Shown in pieces: positions 37,670-48,073 of a DNA stretch of 64,000 nt. A program made the translations under genes and the position numbers. This stretch comes from Allomuricauda sp. (lineage in GTDB: Bacteria > Bacteroidota > Bacteroidia > Flavobacteriales > Flavobacteriaceae). The stretch covers positions 953-64,952 of the forward strand of contig JBNLBG010000006.1 of NCBI GenBank assembly GCA_050303195.1. The letters are read 5' to 3'. A model generated the notes under the pieces. The model was not told where the DNA came from and did not search any database. It saw only the letters and a list, made by a program, of their open reading frames with translations. How positions within the stretch are numbered: position 1 is the stretch's first letter; each line of letters opens with the position of its first letter.

Positions 37670-40600
37670 CTACACTGGAACAGTTTTTAATTGTCGATTT
37701 AAGATAGCCTTGACCTCGGGCTTACAACTTCCACATCCCAATCCAGCTCCGGTTTGGGAACATAATTGGGCAAAATCCGTACAGCCTCCGGCTATGGCAT
37801 CTTTAATATTCCCATCTCCTACTTGGCTACAGGAACAGATCAGACTTCCTTTAAGAGGTTCTGAATTGGACGCGCCCCGCAACAGTTCATCCCGCTTTTC
37901 CGAAAGTTCGATTTCCTCTTCAATGAGTCGTTTAAATTCTGCAAACTCATTTTTGTCTCCCATTAAAATGGCGCCTTTTAAGGTATCATCTTTTACAATA
38001 CATTTCTTGTAGAACCTTTTGCTGACATCCATCAAGAGAATCTCCTCATACGTAGGATCGTTCTTTGGCGCATTTACCATTCCAATACTACAAAGGTCGA
38101 GGTTTTCAAACTTTAGAATATTCATCAGTACAGAACCCCTGTAAATACTTCCCAAGTCGCCAAGGATATAATTTGCAGCTATATCGGCCTGTTGCTCTGC
38201 TGCTGATGTTATCCCGTACAACGCATTTTCAAATTCAGCGATTTCACCCAAGGCAAAAATGGAGGAATCACTGGTTTTTAAATAGGGGTCTACCAAAACG
38301 CCCCTTCGTGTTTCCAGACCGGCTTTTCTGGCCAAATCAATATTGGGGCGTGTTCCAATGGCATAGACCACGGCATTACTCCGCAAAGTTCGCCCAGTTT
38401 TAAGGTTGACCATAAGTGTATATTGGGATTCTTTTTCTTCAAAGATGGTGCTCACCTCGTTATCAAAAAATAATTGAATCCCCCTTTCGGAAACATCTTC
38501 GGCCAATAACCTACTGGAGATGGGGTCCAATTGCCGCTCCATCAATCTTGGGGCTCTTTGAATGATGCTAATATTTATATTTACCTTCTTTAATGCGGCT
38601 GCCAACTCCAGACCCAATAGTCCACCTCCCACAATAACCACGTGTTGTTCAACGGCTGGGAGTCCAGTTTCTGCCAAATAATTTTTGAGTCGGTCCGCAT
38701 CACCGCGTTCCCGCATGGTAAATCTGCCTGGAAGATCTATCCGAACATCACCGGGCACAAATGCACTGCTTCCCGTGGCCATGACCAATAAATCATAAGA
38801 ATGTACTTGTCCCTGATCATCGGTAACCGTCTTTTCCTGAGAATTAATTTTTTGGATGCCATTTTGGGGATATAGATCAACCCTTAGCTTTTCCAATTCC
38901 CCTTGCTTTAGTTTTTGAAGCGATTCCCATGGCAATTCTTCATTCACATATTCCGGCAATAAAACGCGATTGTAGAATGGATGCTCTTCCTTTGAAAACA
39001 CATGGAGTTCGTCTACCCTGTTCTTTTCGCGATAGGTTTGGATAAAACGGTATGCTGCGGCCCCTGCTCCAACGATAATTATTTTTTGCTTCGGTTTCTT
39101 GTATTTTTCCACTTGAACCGCGCAATACTTAAAATCAGGTTCTTTTGAAATGGGATCTACAATATCATTGGTAAGGTTATTGGCCCTACTAAAATCGTCA
39201 TTTAAAATTTTCCCCCAGTGCATGGGCAAAAAAACCACCCGCTCCCGAATGTCATAATTTATCTTGACCTTTACCCTAACACTGCCCCGCCTGCTCTTCA
39301 CCAAAGCGATGTCTCCTTCTTTGAGATTTCGCAAATAGGCATCCACTTTGTTCATCTCAAGATAAGGCGATGGAATATGGGTCAAAAGGCGTTTTACTTT
39401 CCCGGTTTTTGTGCGGGTATGCCATTGATCACGAACCCTTCCCGTATTCAATACCAGAGGAAAATCTGGGGTAGGTTCTTCTGATTTATTGTACAAATTT
39501 CTTGGGGCATTAAAATGTGCCTTCCCATTGGCGGTAAAATAGTCGTGATCTTCAAAGAGGCGAGGTGTACCCTTGTGATCAGGGGATGGCACGGGCCATT
39601 GGAAACTTCCCTCCCTTTTAAGTCGATTATGGGACAATCCTGAAATATCAATATTGGTCCCCTTTGTCATCAAGCAATATTCATCATAGACCTCAGCAGT
39701 ATTCTTATAATCAAATCCACCATACCCCATTTCTTGGGCAAAACGCCATAGGATTTCCACATCCGGCAAGGCCTCCCCGGGAGCATCAATTACTTTGGGC
39801 AAATAACTGATTCGTCGTTCAGAGTTGGTCATGGTGCCCTCTTTTTCCAACCATCCCGCTGCTGGCAATAGTAAATCAGCATATTTTGTGGTTTCTGAAT
39901 TATGGGAAATATCCTGAACGATAACAAAACTGGCTTTTTGGAGCGCCCGTTCAATTTTCTTGGCATTGGGCATACTCACAATGGGATTGGTACAAATAAT
40001 CCAAATGGCCTTCATTTTACCAGATTCCAACGCATCGAACATTTCGGTTGCCGTATAACCGGGGTCTCCATGTATTTCCTTTCCACCCCAGAATTCCTGT
40101 ACTTCTTTCCTGTGTGCCGGATTTCCCAAATCCCTATGTGCAGCCAATAGACTGGCCATACCTCCAACCTCGCGTCCACCCATGGCATTGGGTTGACCCG
40201 TCAACGAAAAAGGACCGGACCCAGGTTTTCCAATATGTCCGGTTAAAAGTGAAAGATTCAATAGGGAAACATTCTTGTCCACTCCAATAACGCTTTGGTT
40301 CAATCCCATGGTCCACATGCTGATGAACCCTTTTGCATCGGCTATCATTTTGGCCGCCTTGCGGATTTCATCGGCTGCTATGCCACACTTTTCCGCTGCT
40401 TGCCGGATGCTGAGTTCAAAGGCTACCTGCTTACAAGCTTCAAAATTGGAGGTGTGTTTTTGTATGAATGATTTATCAATTTTCTTCTTTTCAATGAGCC
40501 ATCTTGCCATGGCATTGAACAGAATGACATCAGTTCCCGGTAATATTTGTAAGTGAAGATCCGCCAAGGCACAGGTCTGTGTCTTACGTGGGTCTACCAC

Positions 40601-41203
40601 AATGATTTTGACCTTGGGATTCTGTTCCTTATGCTTTTCAATCCTACGAAATAAAATGGGGTGGCACCAAGCAGGATTGGCCCCGGCAATCAAAAAACAG
40701 TCGGCCAACTCAATATCTGCATATGAAATGGGAACAGCATCGTTGCCCACAGTTTTTTTATACCCAACTACGGCAGAACTCATGCAGAGCCTGGAGTTAG
40801 TATCGATATTATTGGTTCCTAAAAATCCTTTGGTGAGTTTGTTTGCCAAGTAATATTCTTCCGTAAGGCATTGCCCGGAAACATAGAGGCCAACACTATC
40901 TGGACCATCACGATCTATGATACTTTTGAAGACCGCGGCGGCCCTTTTTAGGGCAGTATCCCAAGTAACCCGCTGCATGGGGTGATTTCGGCTCCACCGC
41001 ATTTCTGGGTATAAAATCCGGTCTGTTGTGTCTTGGGCAACATAGTTCAGGGTCTTCCCTTTTGAGCATAACATACCCTTGTTCACAGGATAGTCCTCAT
41101 TGCCTTTTACGGTCAATACACCCTTGGCATCTTTGGTTACCTCGATGCCACATCCCACTCCACAATAGGAACAAATCGTATTGTATGTATCTTTTTTCTG
41201 CAT
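37670..41203 (-). CDS. nasA: assimilatory nitrate reductase: molybdopterin catalytic module fused to an FAD/NAD(P)H reductase module and a BFD-like [2Fe-2S] domain
   Basis: 1177 aa. N-terminal CSYCGVGCGIEV 4Fe-4S motif and MopB/NapA-like body. From about aa 706, KIIIVGAGAAAYRF and VVIVGGGLLGLELA Rossmann motifs. C-terminal CSCSQV...GCGSCKPEV BFD-like motif. Confidence 0.9.
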   Translation of the reverse strand: MQKKDTYNTICSYCGVGCGIEVTKDAKGVLTVKGNEDYPVNKGMLCSKGKTLNYVAQDTTDRILYPEMRWSRNHPMQRVTWDTALKRAAAVFKSIIDRDGPDSVGLYVSGQCLTEEYYLANKLTKGFLGTNNIDTNSRLCMSSAVVGYKKTVGNDAVPISYADIELADCFLIAGANPAWCHPILFRRIEKHKEQNPKVKIIVVDPRKTQTCALADLHLQILPGTDVILFNAMARWLIEKKKIDKSFIQKHTSNFEACKQVAFELSIRQAAEKCGIAADEIRKAAKMIADAKGFISMWTMGLNQSVIGVDKNVSLLNLSLLTGHIGKPGSGPFSLTGQPNAMGGREVGGMASLLAAHRDLGNPAHRKEVQEFWGGKEIHGDPGYTATEMFDALESGKMKAIWIICTNPIVSMPNAKKIERALQKASFVIVQDISHNSETTKYADLLLPAAGWLEKEGTMTNSERRISYLPKVIDAPGEALPDVEILWRFAQEMGYGGFDYKNTAEVYDEYCLMTKGTNIDISGLSHNRLKREGSFQWPVPSPDHKGTPRLFEDHDYFTANGKAHFNAPRNLYNKSEEPTPDFPLVLNTGRVRDQWHTRTKTGKVKRLLTHIPSPYLEMNKVDAYLRNLKEGDIALVKSRRGSVRVKVKINYDIRERVVFLPMHWGKILNDDFSRANNLTNDIVDPISKEPDFKYCAVQVEKYKKPKQKIIIVGAGAAAYRFIQTYREKNRVDELHVFSKEEHPFYNRVLLPEYVNEELPWESLQKLKQGELEKLRVDLYPQNGIQKINSQEKTVTDDQGQVHSYDLLVMATGSSAFVPGDVRIDLPGRFTMRERGDADRLKNYLAETGLPAVEQHVVIVGGGLLGLELAAALKKVNINISIIQRAPRLMERQLDPISSRLLAEDVSERGIQLFFDNEVSTIFEEKESQYTLMVNLKTGRTLRSNAVVYAIGTRPNIDLARKAGLETRRGVLVDPYLKTSDSSIFALGEIAEFENALYGITSAAEQQADIAANYILGDLGSIYRGSVLMNILKFENLDLCSIGMVNAPKNDPTYEEILLMDVSKRFYKKCIVKDDTLKGAILMGDKNEFAEFKRLIEEEIELSEKRDELLRGASNSEPLKGSLICSCSQVGDGNIKDAIAGGCTDFAQLCSQTGAGLGCGSCKPEVKAILNRQLKTVPV

Positions 41204-41230
41204 TGAAAATTGTACCGTATTTTTTCAATG
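41201..41230 (-). promoter_or_regulatory. 9-bp stem hairpin in the nasA leader that includes the start codon
   Basis: cattgaaaa (41201-41209) pairs with ttttcaatg (41222-41230). On the mRNA this is CAUUGAAAA-N12-UUUUCAAUG, whose final AUG is the nasA start. The stem is AU-rich and therefore weak. Confidence 0.35.
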
Positions 41231-41244
41231 TGAAATTAGAGAAT

Positions 41245-41266
41245 TACGTATAAATACGTAGTACGA
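41245..41266. promoter_or_regulatory. tandem TACGTA core motifs upstream of nasA (TACGTAtaaaTACGTAGTACGA)
   Basis: TACGTA at 41245-41250 and 41255-41260, with starts 10 bp apart, in the 133-bp spacer between the response regulator gene and nasA. Confidence 0.5.
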
Positions 41267-41336
41267 ATATGGTAAAAGTGATGCTTAAAATCGAAGTATT
41301 GGCAATAATTACCTAGAAAAGTTGACAAATTTAAAC

Positions 41337-42026
41337 CTACACCAGCTTGTATTTGTTCGCTTTTTTGGAGAGATCGATAAGATTTTTCACTTTCATTTTC
41401 TTCATTAGATTGAAGCGATGGGTCTCAATGGTGCGTTTGCTGTTCTGTAATTTTTCAGAAATCTCCTTATTGGTATAGCCCGCCAACACCAGTTCCAGCA
41501 CTTGAAGTTCTTTGTTGGTCAGATCAAAGGGATTGTTTTTGTCTTCTTTAGAAGAAGACTTACCATTGATGCTTTTTTCTGGATTGAACAAGTTGTTCAC
41601 CAGAACATTGGATATATCCCCACTAAAATATTTTCCACCTTCCTGTACCATGTGTATGGCCTTGACAAATTCAGTCTTGCCCGTATCTTTTAACAGATAA
41701 CCGCTGGCCCCAGCCTGTACAGATTTTAGAATGTATTCTTCTGAATCGTGCATGGAAAGGATGATGCACTTGGTCTTTCTGTTGCCCACAGAGTTTAAAC
41801 GCTCCACGGTTTCAATACCGCCCAATTCGGGCATACGGATATCAATAATTAAGATATCAGGGGATTTATCATCCACCATCTTCAGGGCCTCCAAACCGTT
41901 GGAAACCTCGCCGATGACATCCAAGTCCGGTTCTTCTTCAAGTAATGCACGTATGCCATCCCGAACCAAAGAATGGTCATCGGCCAATACAATGCTAATG
42001 GTGTGTTGAAGTCCAGATTCTTGCAT
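41337..42026 (-). CDS. NarL/LuxR-family response regulator
   Basis: 229 aa. Receiver (LADDHSLVRDGI..., DILIIDIRMPELGG) and a C-terminal LuxR HTH (LTNKELQVLELVLAGYTNKEISEKLQNSKRTIETHRFNLMKKM). Confidence 0.9.
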   Translation of the reverse strand: MQESGLQHTISIVLADDHSLVRDGIRALLEEEPDLDVIGEVSNGLEALKMVDDKSPDILIIDIRMPELGGIETVERLNSVGNRKTKCIILSMHDSEEYILKSVQAGASGYLLKDTGKTEFVKAIHMVQEGGKYFSGDISNVLVNNLFNPEKSINGKSSSKEDKNNPFDLTNKELQVLELVLAGYTNKEISEKLQNSKRTIETHRFNLMKKMKVKNLIDLSKKANKYKLV

Positions 42027-42128
42027 TACACAAAAATAATCGAATTATTGAAATACCCTAAGAACAAATGAAGGGCCGCTCCAATATAAAAAGGAACAGC
42101 CCCATCAAAGCAAAGCTAATCACTTAAA

Positions 42129-43415
42129 CTATTCCGCCTTGGCTGTGGTAAAAAGTTTTGGTTTAATAATCAACATGGCCCACGCCCAGTTTTGGGAGCT
42201 GGCCGCATCGGCCTCAGCCACACCCTTAAGCTCATACATACCGTCTGCAGGAAATAGGTGCGAGTATCCAATCTTTAGGGCATATCCCTTGAACTTTTGG
42301 GTAAATACCAAATCAACCTCGGTACCCAAGGCATTTTCTCCACTTGGAAGATCTTGTTCGCCCTTAAAGTTCCAGACCTTGGCCAATAGGCCAGATTTTT
42401 CACCTAATTTGAAATTCGCACTGGCATGAATATCGAATAGCCCAACAGAGTTGGCATGGTTGCCCACATAGAAATAATCCATAAGGCCATTGAACTTGTG
42501 GTTGGTACCATATAGTGGAAAGAAGGCACCGGTTTCCCCAGCAGTTTGTCCATCATTTCCACTGATAATCTCGACTCCTGCACCAAGACCAACTGTGCTT
42601 GATGCCTTATAGCTGAGGTCGAGTCCCAACAAATAAGCTCCTTTAACATCTAAACCACCTTGTCTTTCCCCAGTTTGAAGAAATGCATTGGCTGCAAACC
42701 CAAAACTTCCTTTTTTATAGGTTAAATGTGTACCTAAGGTCTGCAAGCTGCTCAACCCATCGGCATTGTCATTTTCATCAAAGTTCTGAAAGCCATTGTT
42801 GAGCAATATCAGACTAGCTGCAAAGCTCTCCCATTTTTGTTTCAGGTAGAGCATCTGCATGGTCTTGTAGCTGAAAAAGCCCGTTGTACTATAGGCATTC
42901 CCAACGGACTGGAAACCGCTAGGGTTGTCATAATCCTGATTAAAGGCAAAAGCAAAATCAAATAAGAAATTACCTTTGGAATATTTGAGCAAGGCTGCAT
43001 CATGGTTACGGGCCTGTTGTGTCCAATCCACGCCACCCAAAATACGCTGGTCGTCATAAGAGAGTATTTGTCTACCCAATTTTGTAGACCATCCAGAGCC
43101 TAAGTCGAGTTGGGCCCATGCTTCAAACACGGCAAAGGTGTCGTTTTCATCATCGGGACGCAGCTGGCGGTTTTCACCCCAAACCATTACATCCTGAAGG
43201 CTTAGATAAAACTTATACTTTTCGGCTTGGTATCCCGCATTTAATCGCGCCCGGGTAGAAGTGGCAAAGCCTGGGTCTGCGGCGTCAGGGATTAAACTGC
43301 CAAAACCGTTTCTGTATTCGGTTCTTGGCCTGAACTCACCATCCAATGTAAATTGTGAAAAAGTGAATTGGGCTGTTAAAATAGCCAAGGCGAGTAATAC
43401 ATATTGTTTTTTCAT
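42129..43415 (-). CDS. outer-membrane beta-barrel porin (alginate-export-like family), part of the nitrate uptake operon
   Basis: 428 aa. Signal peptide, FTLDGEFRPRTEYRNGF start, alternating amphipathic strands, and an aromatic-rich C-terminus. Family assignment is from memory of similar Bacteroidetes genes. Confidence 0.6.
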   Translation of the reverse strand: MKKQYVLLALAILTAQFTFSQFTLDGEFRPRTEYRNGFGSLIPDAADPGFATSTRARLNAGYQAEKYKFYLSLQDVMVWGENRQLRPDDENDTFAVFEAWAQLDLGSGWSTKLGRQILSYDDQRILGGVDWTQQARNHDAALLKYSKGNFLFDFAFAFNQDYDNPSGFQSVGNAYSTTGFFSYKTMQMLYLKQKWESFAASLILLNNGFQNFDENDNADGLSSLQTLGTHLTYKKGSFGFAANAFLQTGERQGGLDVKGAYLLGLDLSYKASSTVGLGAGVEIISGNDGQTAGETGAFFPLYGTNHKFNGLMDYFYVGNHANSVGLFDIHASANFKLGEKSGLLAKVWNFKGEQDLPSGENALGTEVDLVFTQKFKGYALKIGYSHLFPADGMYELKGVAEADAASSQNWAWAMLIIKPKLFTTAKAE

Positions 43416-43458
43416 GATTCTTTTGAGTTTATTGGTTTAAATTTTTATTAGGTCTTCA

Positions 43459-44292
43459 TCAATGTTCCAAAAAGTCGATAAGGTGTTTGCGATACTTGTA
43501 ATAATCGTTATGTTCCAACACTGCCTTTCTGGTTCTGGGACGTTCAAAATCTATGTTTAAAACATCGCCAATTTTGGCCCGTGGGCCACTGGTCATCATA
43601 ACCACACGGTCTGCCAAGAAAATGGCTTCATCCACATCATGGGTAATCATGACCGCAGTAATTTTTTCTTTGTTCCAGATTTCTATAAGAATATCCTGAA
43701 GTTCGCCCCGTGTTAGCGAATCCAACATTCCGAAGGGTTCATCCAAGAGCAGCACCTTGGGTTTAATGGCAAAGGCCCTTGCTATACCTACACGTTGTTG
43801 CATACCTTGTGACAATTCACTGGCCTTTTTATGGAATGCTCCATCAAGGCCCACTTTGTGTAGGTAATATTTAGCAATGTCCTTTTGTTGTGATCTACTG
43901 GCATTTGGAAACACACGGTTTACCCCCAGCAATACATTTTGCAAAGCTGTCATCCAGGGCATTAAGCTCGGGGCCTGAAAAATGACCCCGCGATCTGGTC
44001 CGGGCCCTTTTATGGTACTGCCCAAAACAGCAATATCTCCTCCTGAAATAGGGTTAAGACCCGCAATCATGGAGAGCATTGTGGTCTTGCCACAACCTGA
44101 ATGCCCAATGATGGTCACAAATTCTTCCTTTAGGATCTGTAGGTTCAGATGTTCAAGGACCACATAATCGCCCTTTGGAGTGGGGTAGACCTTTTTAAGG
44201 TCCCTCAAATCCAGCATAATCCTGTCCGATGGATAAGAAATACCATTTTCATGGGGTATGTTAACGGTCTTGTTTTCTATCTGCATTTCCAT
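43459..44292 (-). CDS. nitrate/sulfonate/bicarbonate-type ABC transporter ATP-binding protein
   Basis: Walker [10 protein letters not shown], signature [14 protein letters not shown], Walker [12 protein letters not shown]. Confidence 0.85.
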   Translation of the reverse strand: MEMQIENKTVNIPHENGISYPSDRIMLDLRDLKKVYPTPKGDYVVLEHLNLQILKEEFVTIIGHSGCGKTTMLSMIAGLNPISGGDIAVLGSTIKGPGPDRGVIFQAPSLMPWMTALQNVLLGVNRVFPNASRSQQKDIAKYYLHKVGLDGAFHKKASELSQGMQQRVGIARAFAIKPKVLLLDEPFGMLDSLTRGELQDILIEIWNKEKITAVMITHDVDEAIFLADRVVMMTSGPRAKIGDVLNIDFERPRTRKAVLEHNDYYKYRKHLIDFLEH

Positions 44293-44314
44293 AATGCCTG
44301 TTTTTAAAATTATA

Positions 44315-45154
44315 CTATGCTACAAAGCTCTTTGGACTCAAATCAGGAAGCTCGTAGGTTTCCTGTGATACTGCCTTGCGCTCTTCACCAATCCCCATCA
44401 AATACTCAATAATGGCATTTCTGGTTTTTTTGTACTCCGGATCATCGTTCAATGCTGTTTTGTCTCTTGGACGTTCAATATCAATTTTGAACTCAGGACC
44501 CAATGTGGCCTTAGGGCCTGGTCGTAATGGTATGATCCTGTCAGCCATATAGATGCCTTCATCCACATCATTGGTGATGAGCAGTGCAGTGCGTTGGTCT
44601 TTGCTCCAGATTTTTAGGATTTCATCTTGAAGGTTCCCCCGTGTAAGCGCATCAAGGGCTCCTAAGGGTTCATCCATAATGATCATCTCCGGATTCATGG
44701 CCAATGCCCTTGCCACGGCAACACGCTGGCGCATTCCCCCGGACAGTTCCTTGGGCCTTTTGTTGCTGGCCGGCGTAAGGTTGACCATCTCTATATATTC
44801 TGCCACACGTTTCTTGATGGCCTTTTTGTTTTCCTTAGGAAAGGCTTCCTTTACTGCCATGGCCACATTTTGCCATACACTCAACCAGGGGAGCAGGGAA
44901 TAGTTCTGAAAAATGACCCCTCTTTCATGGCTGGTATCCACTACGGGGCTTCCCTTAAAAAGTACTTCACCGCTGGTGGGTTGCAACAATCCATTGATAA
45001 GGTTTACCAAGGTTGTTTTGCCACTTCCGGTGAAACCGACAATGGCCACAAATTCACCTTCTTCAATTTTGAGGTTGATATCGGTCAGCACTTCGGTACT
45101 ATTGATGCCTTCTCCGTAGGTCTTGCAAACATTGTTCAATTCTAAATATGCCAT
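44315..45154 (-). CDS. nitrate/sulfonate/bicarbonate-type ABC transporter ATP-binding protein
   Basis: Walker [10 protein letters not shown], signature [14 protein letters not shown], Walker [13 protein letters not shown] chose the ATG at 45154 (MAYLELNNV...); an alternative ATG at 45178 would overlap the permease gene. Confidence 0.85.
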   Translation of the reverse strand: MAYLELNNVCKTYGEGINSTEVLTDINLKIEEGEFVAIVGFTGSGKTTLVNLINGLLQPTSGEVLFKGSPVVDTSHERGVIFQNYSLLPWLSVWQNVAMAVKEAFPKENKKAIKKRVAEYIEMVNLTPASNKRPKELSGGMRQRVAVARALAMNPEMIIMDEPLGALDALTRGNLQDEILKIWSKDQRTALLITNDVDEGIYMADRIIPLRPGPKATLGPEFKIDIERPRDKTALNDDPEYKKTRNAIIEYLMGIGEERKAVSQETYELPDLSPKSFVA

Positions 45155-45164
45155 AATCTTACTG

Positions 45165-46271
45165 TTAAGCGGTTGCATTTTTATTGAACGATACCATATT
45201 CTGGATCACCAACATGATTCTGTCCAGCAAGAATCCTATAATCCCTATAATGAACATGGCCACAATGATCTTTGAATTTGAATCATTGGCTCCATTTTGG
45301 AACTCTTCCCAAACGAAGGAACCCAAACCGGGACTCTGTGCCAAAAGTTCAATGGCTATCAGTACCATCCAAGCTACGGAAAGTGTTATCCGAAGTCCTG
45401 TAAAAATCAAGGGCAAGGATGATGGAAGGATCACTTTGAAGACTTTTTGAAATGGCCCAAGTTTCAATACCTTGGCAACATTGATATAGTCTTTATCCAC
45501 AGAAGAAACACCCATGGCCGTGTTCACCAAGGTTGCCCACATGGAGCAAAGCCCTACACTGATGAACGATATGATAAAGGCACTATCTTGATTGGAATCC
45601 TTGGTCATGGTCTTTACGATCATAAAAACCAACAACAACCAAACTACTGGAGACACGGGTTTAAAGATTTGGATCAGCCAATTGAACGAATTCCGCAATG
45701 TTTCGCTCAGACCAATAATGATACCAATAGGGACCGCAATGACCAAGGCCAACAGAAATCCTGCAAATACAGTTTCCAAACTAGTGAAAATTTGATCCAC
45801 AAATGATGGTCTTCCGGTATAGGTAATGGGGTCTTTGCCTTCGGCAACACGCTTTTTGTTGATGGCCGCCGTTTTTTCCTTGAAAGCCAACTTGTCGGCA
45901 CTGATTTTCTTATGGTCCGCAATCAACGTATTGAAAGATTCCCAAACCTGACCGGGGGATGGTAGTGTATTGGGCTGGCAACTTATATCACCAGACAGAA
46001 TACAGGCCTCCATTTGATCGGCGGCTGCCTGTCCTTGATCAGTTAAAGCTTTCTGGATTTTGTAGTCGGCCTCAATATTGTACAATGCTTTGGCGCCCAT
46101 GTGCCATACCCCTATAAATAGGACTATGGAGATCAAGGGAACAATAAATTTTTTGAAAACTGTCTTGAACTCCAGTTTTGGGGTCTTGACCTTCAATTTG
46201 GACAGGAGTGATTTTACCACTCCCATCCATTTGATGTCATTCACTTTAGTTGCAGTAATGCTTTGCTTCAT
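45165..46271 (-). CDS. nrtB: nitrate ABC transporter permease
   Basis: 368 aa. BPD-transport domain with a long periplasmic insert. EAA-like region [24 protein letters not shown]. Confidence 0.8.
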   Translation of the reverse strand: MKQSITATKVNDIKWMGVVKSLLSKLKVKTPKLEFKTVFKKFIVPLISIVLFIGVWHMGAKALYNIEADYKIQKALTDQGQAAADQMEACILSGDISCQPNTLPSPGQVWESFNTLIADHKKISADKLAFKEKTAAINKKRVAEGKDPITYTGRPSFVDQIFTSLETVFAGFLLALVIAVPIGIIIGLSETLRNSFNWLIQIFKPVSPVVWLLLVFMIVKTMTKDSNQDSAFIISFISVGLCSMWATLVNTAMGVSSVDKDYINVAKVLKLGPFQKVFKVILPSSLPLIFTGLRITLSVAWMVLIAIELLAQSPGLGSFVWEEFQNGANDSNSKIIVAMFIIGIIGFLLDRIMLVIQNMVSFNKNATA

Positions 46272-46283
46272 GATTTTTACTGT

Positions 46284-47669
46284 TTAAAGTGAGGAATCGT
46301 CCTTGTTCCCAATTTCAAAGCTGTTGATATAGCCTATGGGATCTTTGGCATCGTATGCGTTTCCATCGATGAAATCTGTAGTTGCAGGTTTGTAACCATC
46401 CGTTTCTGGAATATCCGCTGCGGGAATATGCCCTTCGGCTACCAAAAGCTTGGCCGCTTTTTTCCAGATATCAGGACGGTAGATGTCTTTAATAGTTTCT
46501 TCATACCAAGATGCTGGTTTTGGCTCAGGAATTTGGCCCCACCTTCTCATCTGGGTCAAGAACCAAATACCATCAGAATAAAATGGATAGGTAGCATTGT
46601 ACTTATAGAATACATTAAAGTCGGGCATGGACCGTTTATCTCCCTTTTCAAATTCAAAGGTTCCAGTCATTGAGTTGGCCAAAACAACTTCATCGGCTCC
46701 CACATATTGGGGCATGGATAGAATTTTAACAGCTTCTGCTCTATTGCCTGGCTCATCCAACCATTTTCCGGCACGAATCAACGCTTTGGTCACAGCAACA
46801 GCAGTGTTTGGATTTTCCTCAACAAACTTTTTGGTCATTACAAAGACCTTTTCAGGATTGTTTTTCCAAATGTCATAATTGGTGGTCACGGGAACTCCTA
46901 TTCCTTTAAATACGGCTTGTTGGTTCCAGGGCTCACCTACACAGTACCCATAAATGGTCCCAGCTTCTAAAGTAGCTGGCATCTGTGGAGGTGGCGTAAC
47001 CGATAACAAAACTTCGGCATCAATTTGTCCCTGCACATTATCGGCGGTGTACATTCCGGGATGGATTCCGGCCGCTGCTAACCAATATCTAATTTCGTAG
47101 TTGTGGGTAGATACCGGGAACACCATTCCCATTTTAAAAGGTTTTCCGCTGTTCTTATACGAGGAGATTACTGGTTTTAGGGCATCTGCCTTTATGGGGT
47201 GAACGGGTTTGCCATCTGCATCTTTGGGAACATTGGTTTTCATTTTGGACCATACATCGTTGGATACTGTTATGCCATTGCCATTCAGGTCCATTGAAAA
47301 TGGTGTGACCAGCTGGGCTTGTCGGCCAAATCCGGCTCCAGCTGCAATGGGTTGTCCGGCCAACATGTGCGAGCCATCCAATTGCCCGTCAATAACACGG
47401 TCGAGTACATTTTTCCAGTTGGATTGTGCCTCAACCGAAACAAAAAGACCTTCATCCTCGAAGAAGCCTTTTTCCTTGGCGATGGCCAAGGGAGCCATAT
47501 CGGTAAGTTTGATAAAGCCGAAGGTCAATTGAGGTTTTTCAATTTCCAGTGAAGTTTTAGGTACGTTTGCTTGGGCAGTTTCTGCTGTTTTTTTCTCAGT
47601 TTTCCCTCCGCACGCCATAAGGACTGCTGAGAGTAACCATGCGATTGATTTTAAAGTGATGTTTTTCAT
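46284..47669 (-). CDS. nrtA: CmpA/NrtA family nitrate ABC transporter substrate-binding lipoprotein
   Basis: 461 aa. Lipobox [32 protein letters not shown] and [13 protein letters not shown] are NrtA/CmpA signatures. Confidence 0.85.
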   Translation of the reverse strand: MKNITLKSIAWLLSAVLMACGGKTEKKTAETAQANVPKTSLEIEKPQLTFGFIKLTDMAPLAIAKEKGFFEDEGLFVSVEAQSNWKNVLDRVIDGQLDGSHMLAGQPIAAGAGFGRQAQLVTPFSMDLNGNGITVSNDVWSKMKTNVPKDADGKPVHPIKADALKPVISSYKNSGKPFKMGMVFPVSTHNYEIRYWLAAAGIHPGMYTADNVQGQIDAEVLLSVTPPPQMPATLEAGTIYGYCVGEPWNQQAVFKGIGVPVTTNYDIWKNNPEKVFVMTKKFVEENPNTAVAVTKALIRAGKWLDEPGNRAEAVKILSMPQYVGADEVVLANSMTGTFEFEKGDKRSMPDFNVFYKYNATYPFYSDGIWFLTQMRRWGQIPEPKPASWYEETIKDIYRPDIWKKAAKLLVAEGHIPAADIPETDGYKPATTDFIDGNAYDAKDPIGYINSFEIGNKDDSSL

Positions 47670-47683
47670 AATATTAAGCTTTC

Positions 47684-47697
47684 TACGTATTAGTACT
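47684..47697. promoter_or_regulatory. TACGTA core with flanking arm (TACGTAtTAGTACT) just upstream of nrtA
   Basis: Core at 47684-47689, 14 nt from the nrtA ATG (47669). The arm TAGTACT parallels TAATACT in the narK and nirB sites. Confidence 0.45.
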
Positions 47698-47881
47698 TAT
47701 TTATAGCAAATGTATACTGAGTAATGGAACTATTTTATGGGAAAGCCCATGGCTGCATATCTTTTTAATACATGAACTGTTATGTTACAAACCATGGAAA
47801 AACCTGTCAAAAAACATATTATTCTTTTAACTGACTGATTTATATTTAGATATGTATGGTTGAGGTTTACTGAGTCTGAGG

Positions 47882-47892
47882 TACGTAGTACT
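47882..47892. promoter_or_regulatory. TACGTA core (TACGTAGTACT) in the distal part of the nrtA upstream region
   Basis: Core at 47882-47887. The same TACGTAGTAC decamer occurs upstream of nasA (41255-41264). Flanked by TACTGAG repeats. Confidence 0.4.
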
Positions 47893-48073
47893 GAGAAGCT
47901 CTTCCAGTGCCACACTTATCCATTACAGGCACTAAAATTTGAGCTCATTAAGAATAATGGGGCGAATAAAAATCATTGCCTTAACCGTCCAGAAAGGTTC
48001 GGAATATTCTAATTGATAATGTAGTTGTTGGGAAAAAGTTATTGCCGAAAAGAGGTGACTTTGATATACTATA

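Noticed and set aside
47835-47848. CTGATTTATATTTA in the nrtA leader as a functional FNR-type box
   Set aside because: It shares 10 nt with the nos box, but the right half-site is destroyed (TTT instead of TCA) and no -7 element lies at 29.5 nt. I mention it only as a possible degenerate relic.
47730-47915. 61-aa minus-strand ORF inside the long nrtA upstream region
   Set aside because: No recognisable motif and odd composition. It spans the TACGTA/TACTGAG motif area, so I treat the region as regulatory or non-coding.
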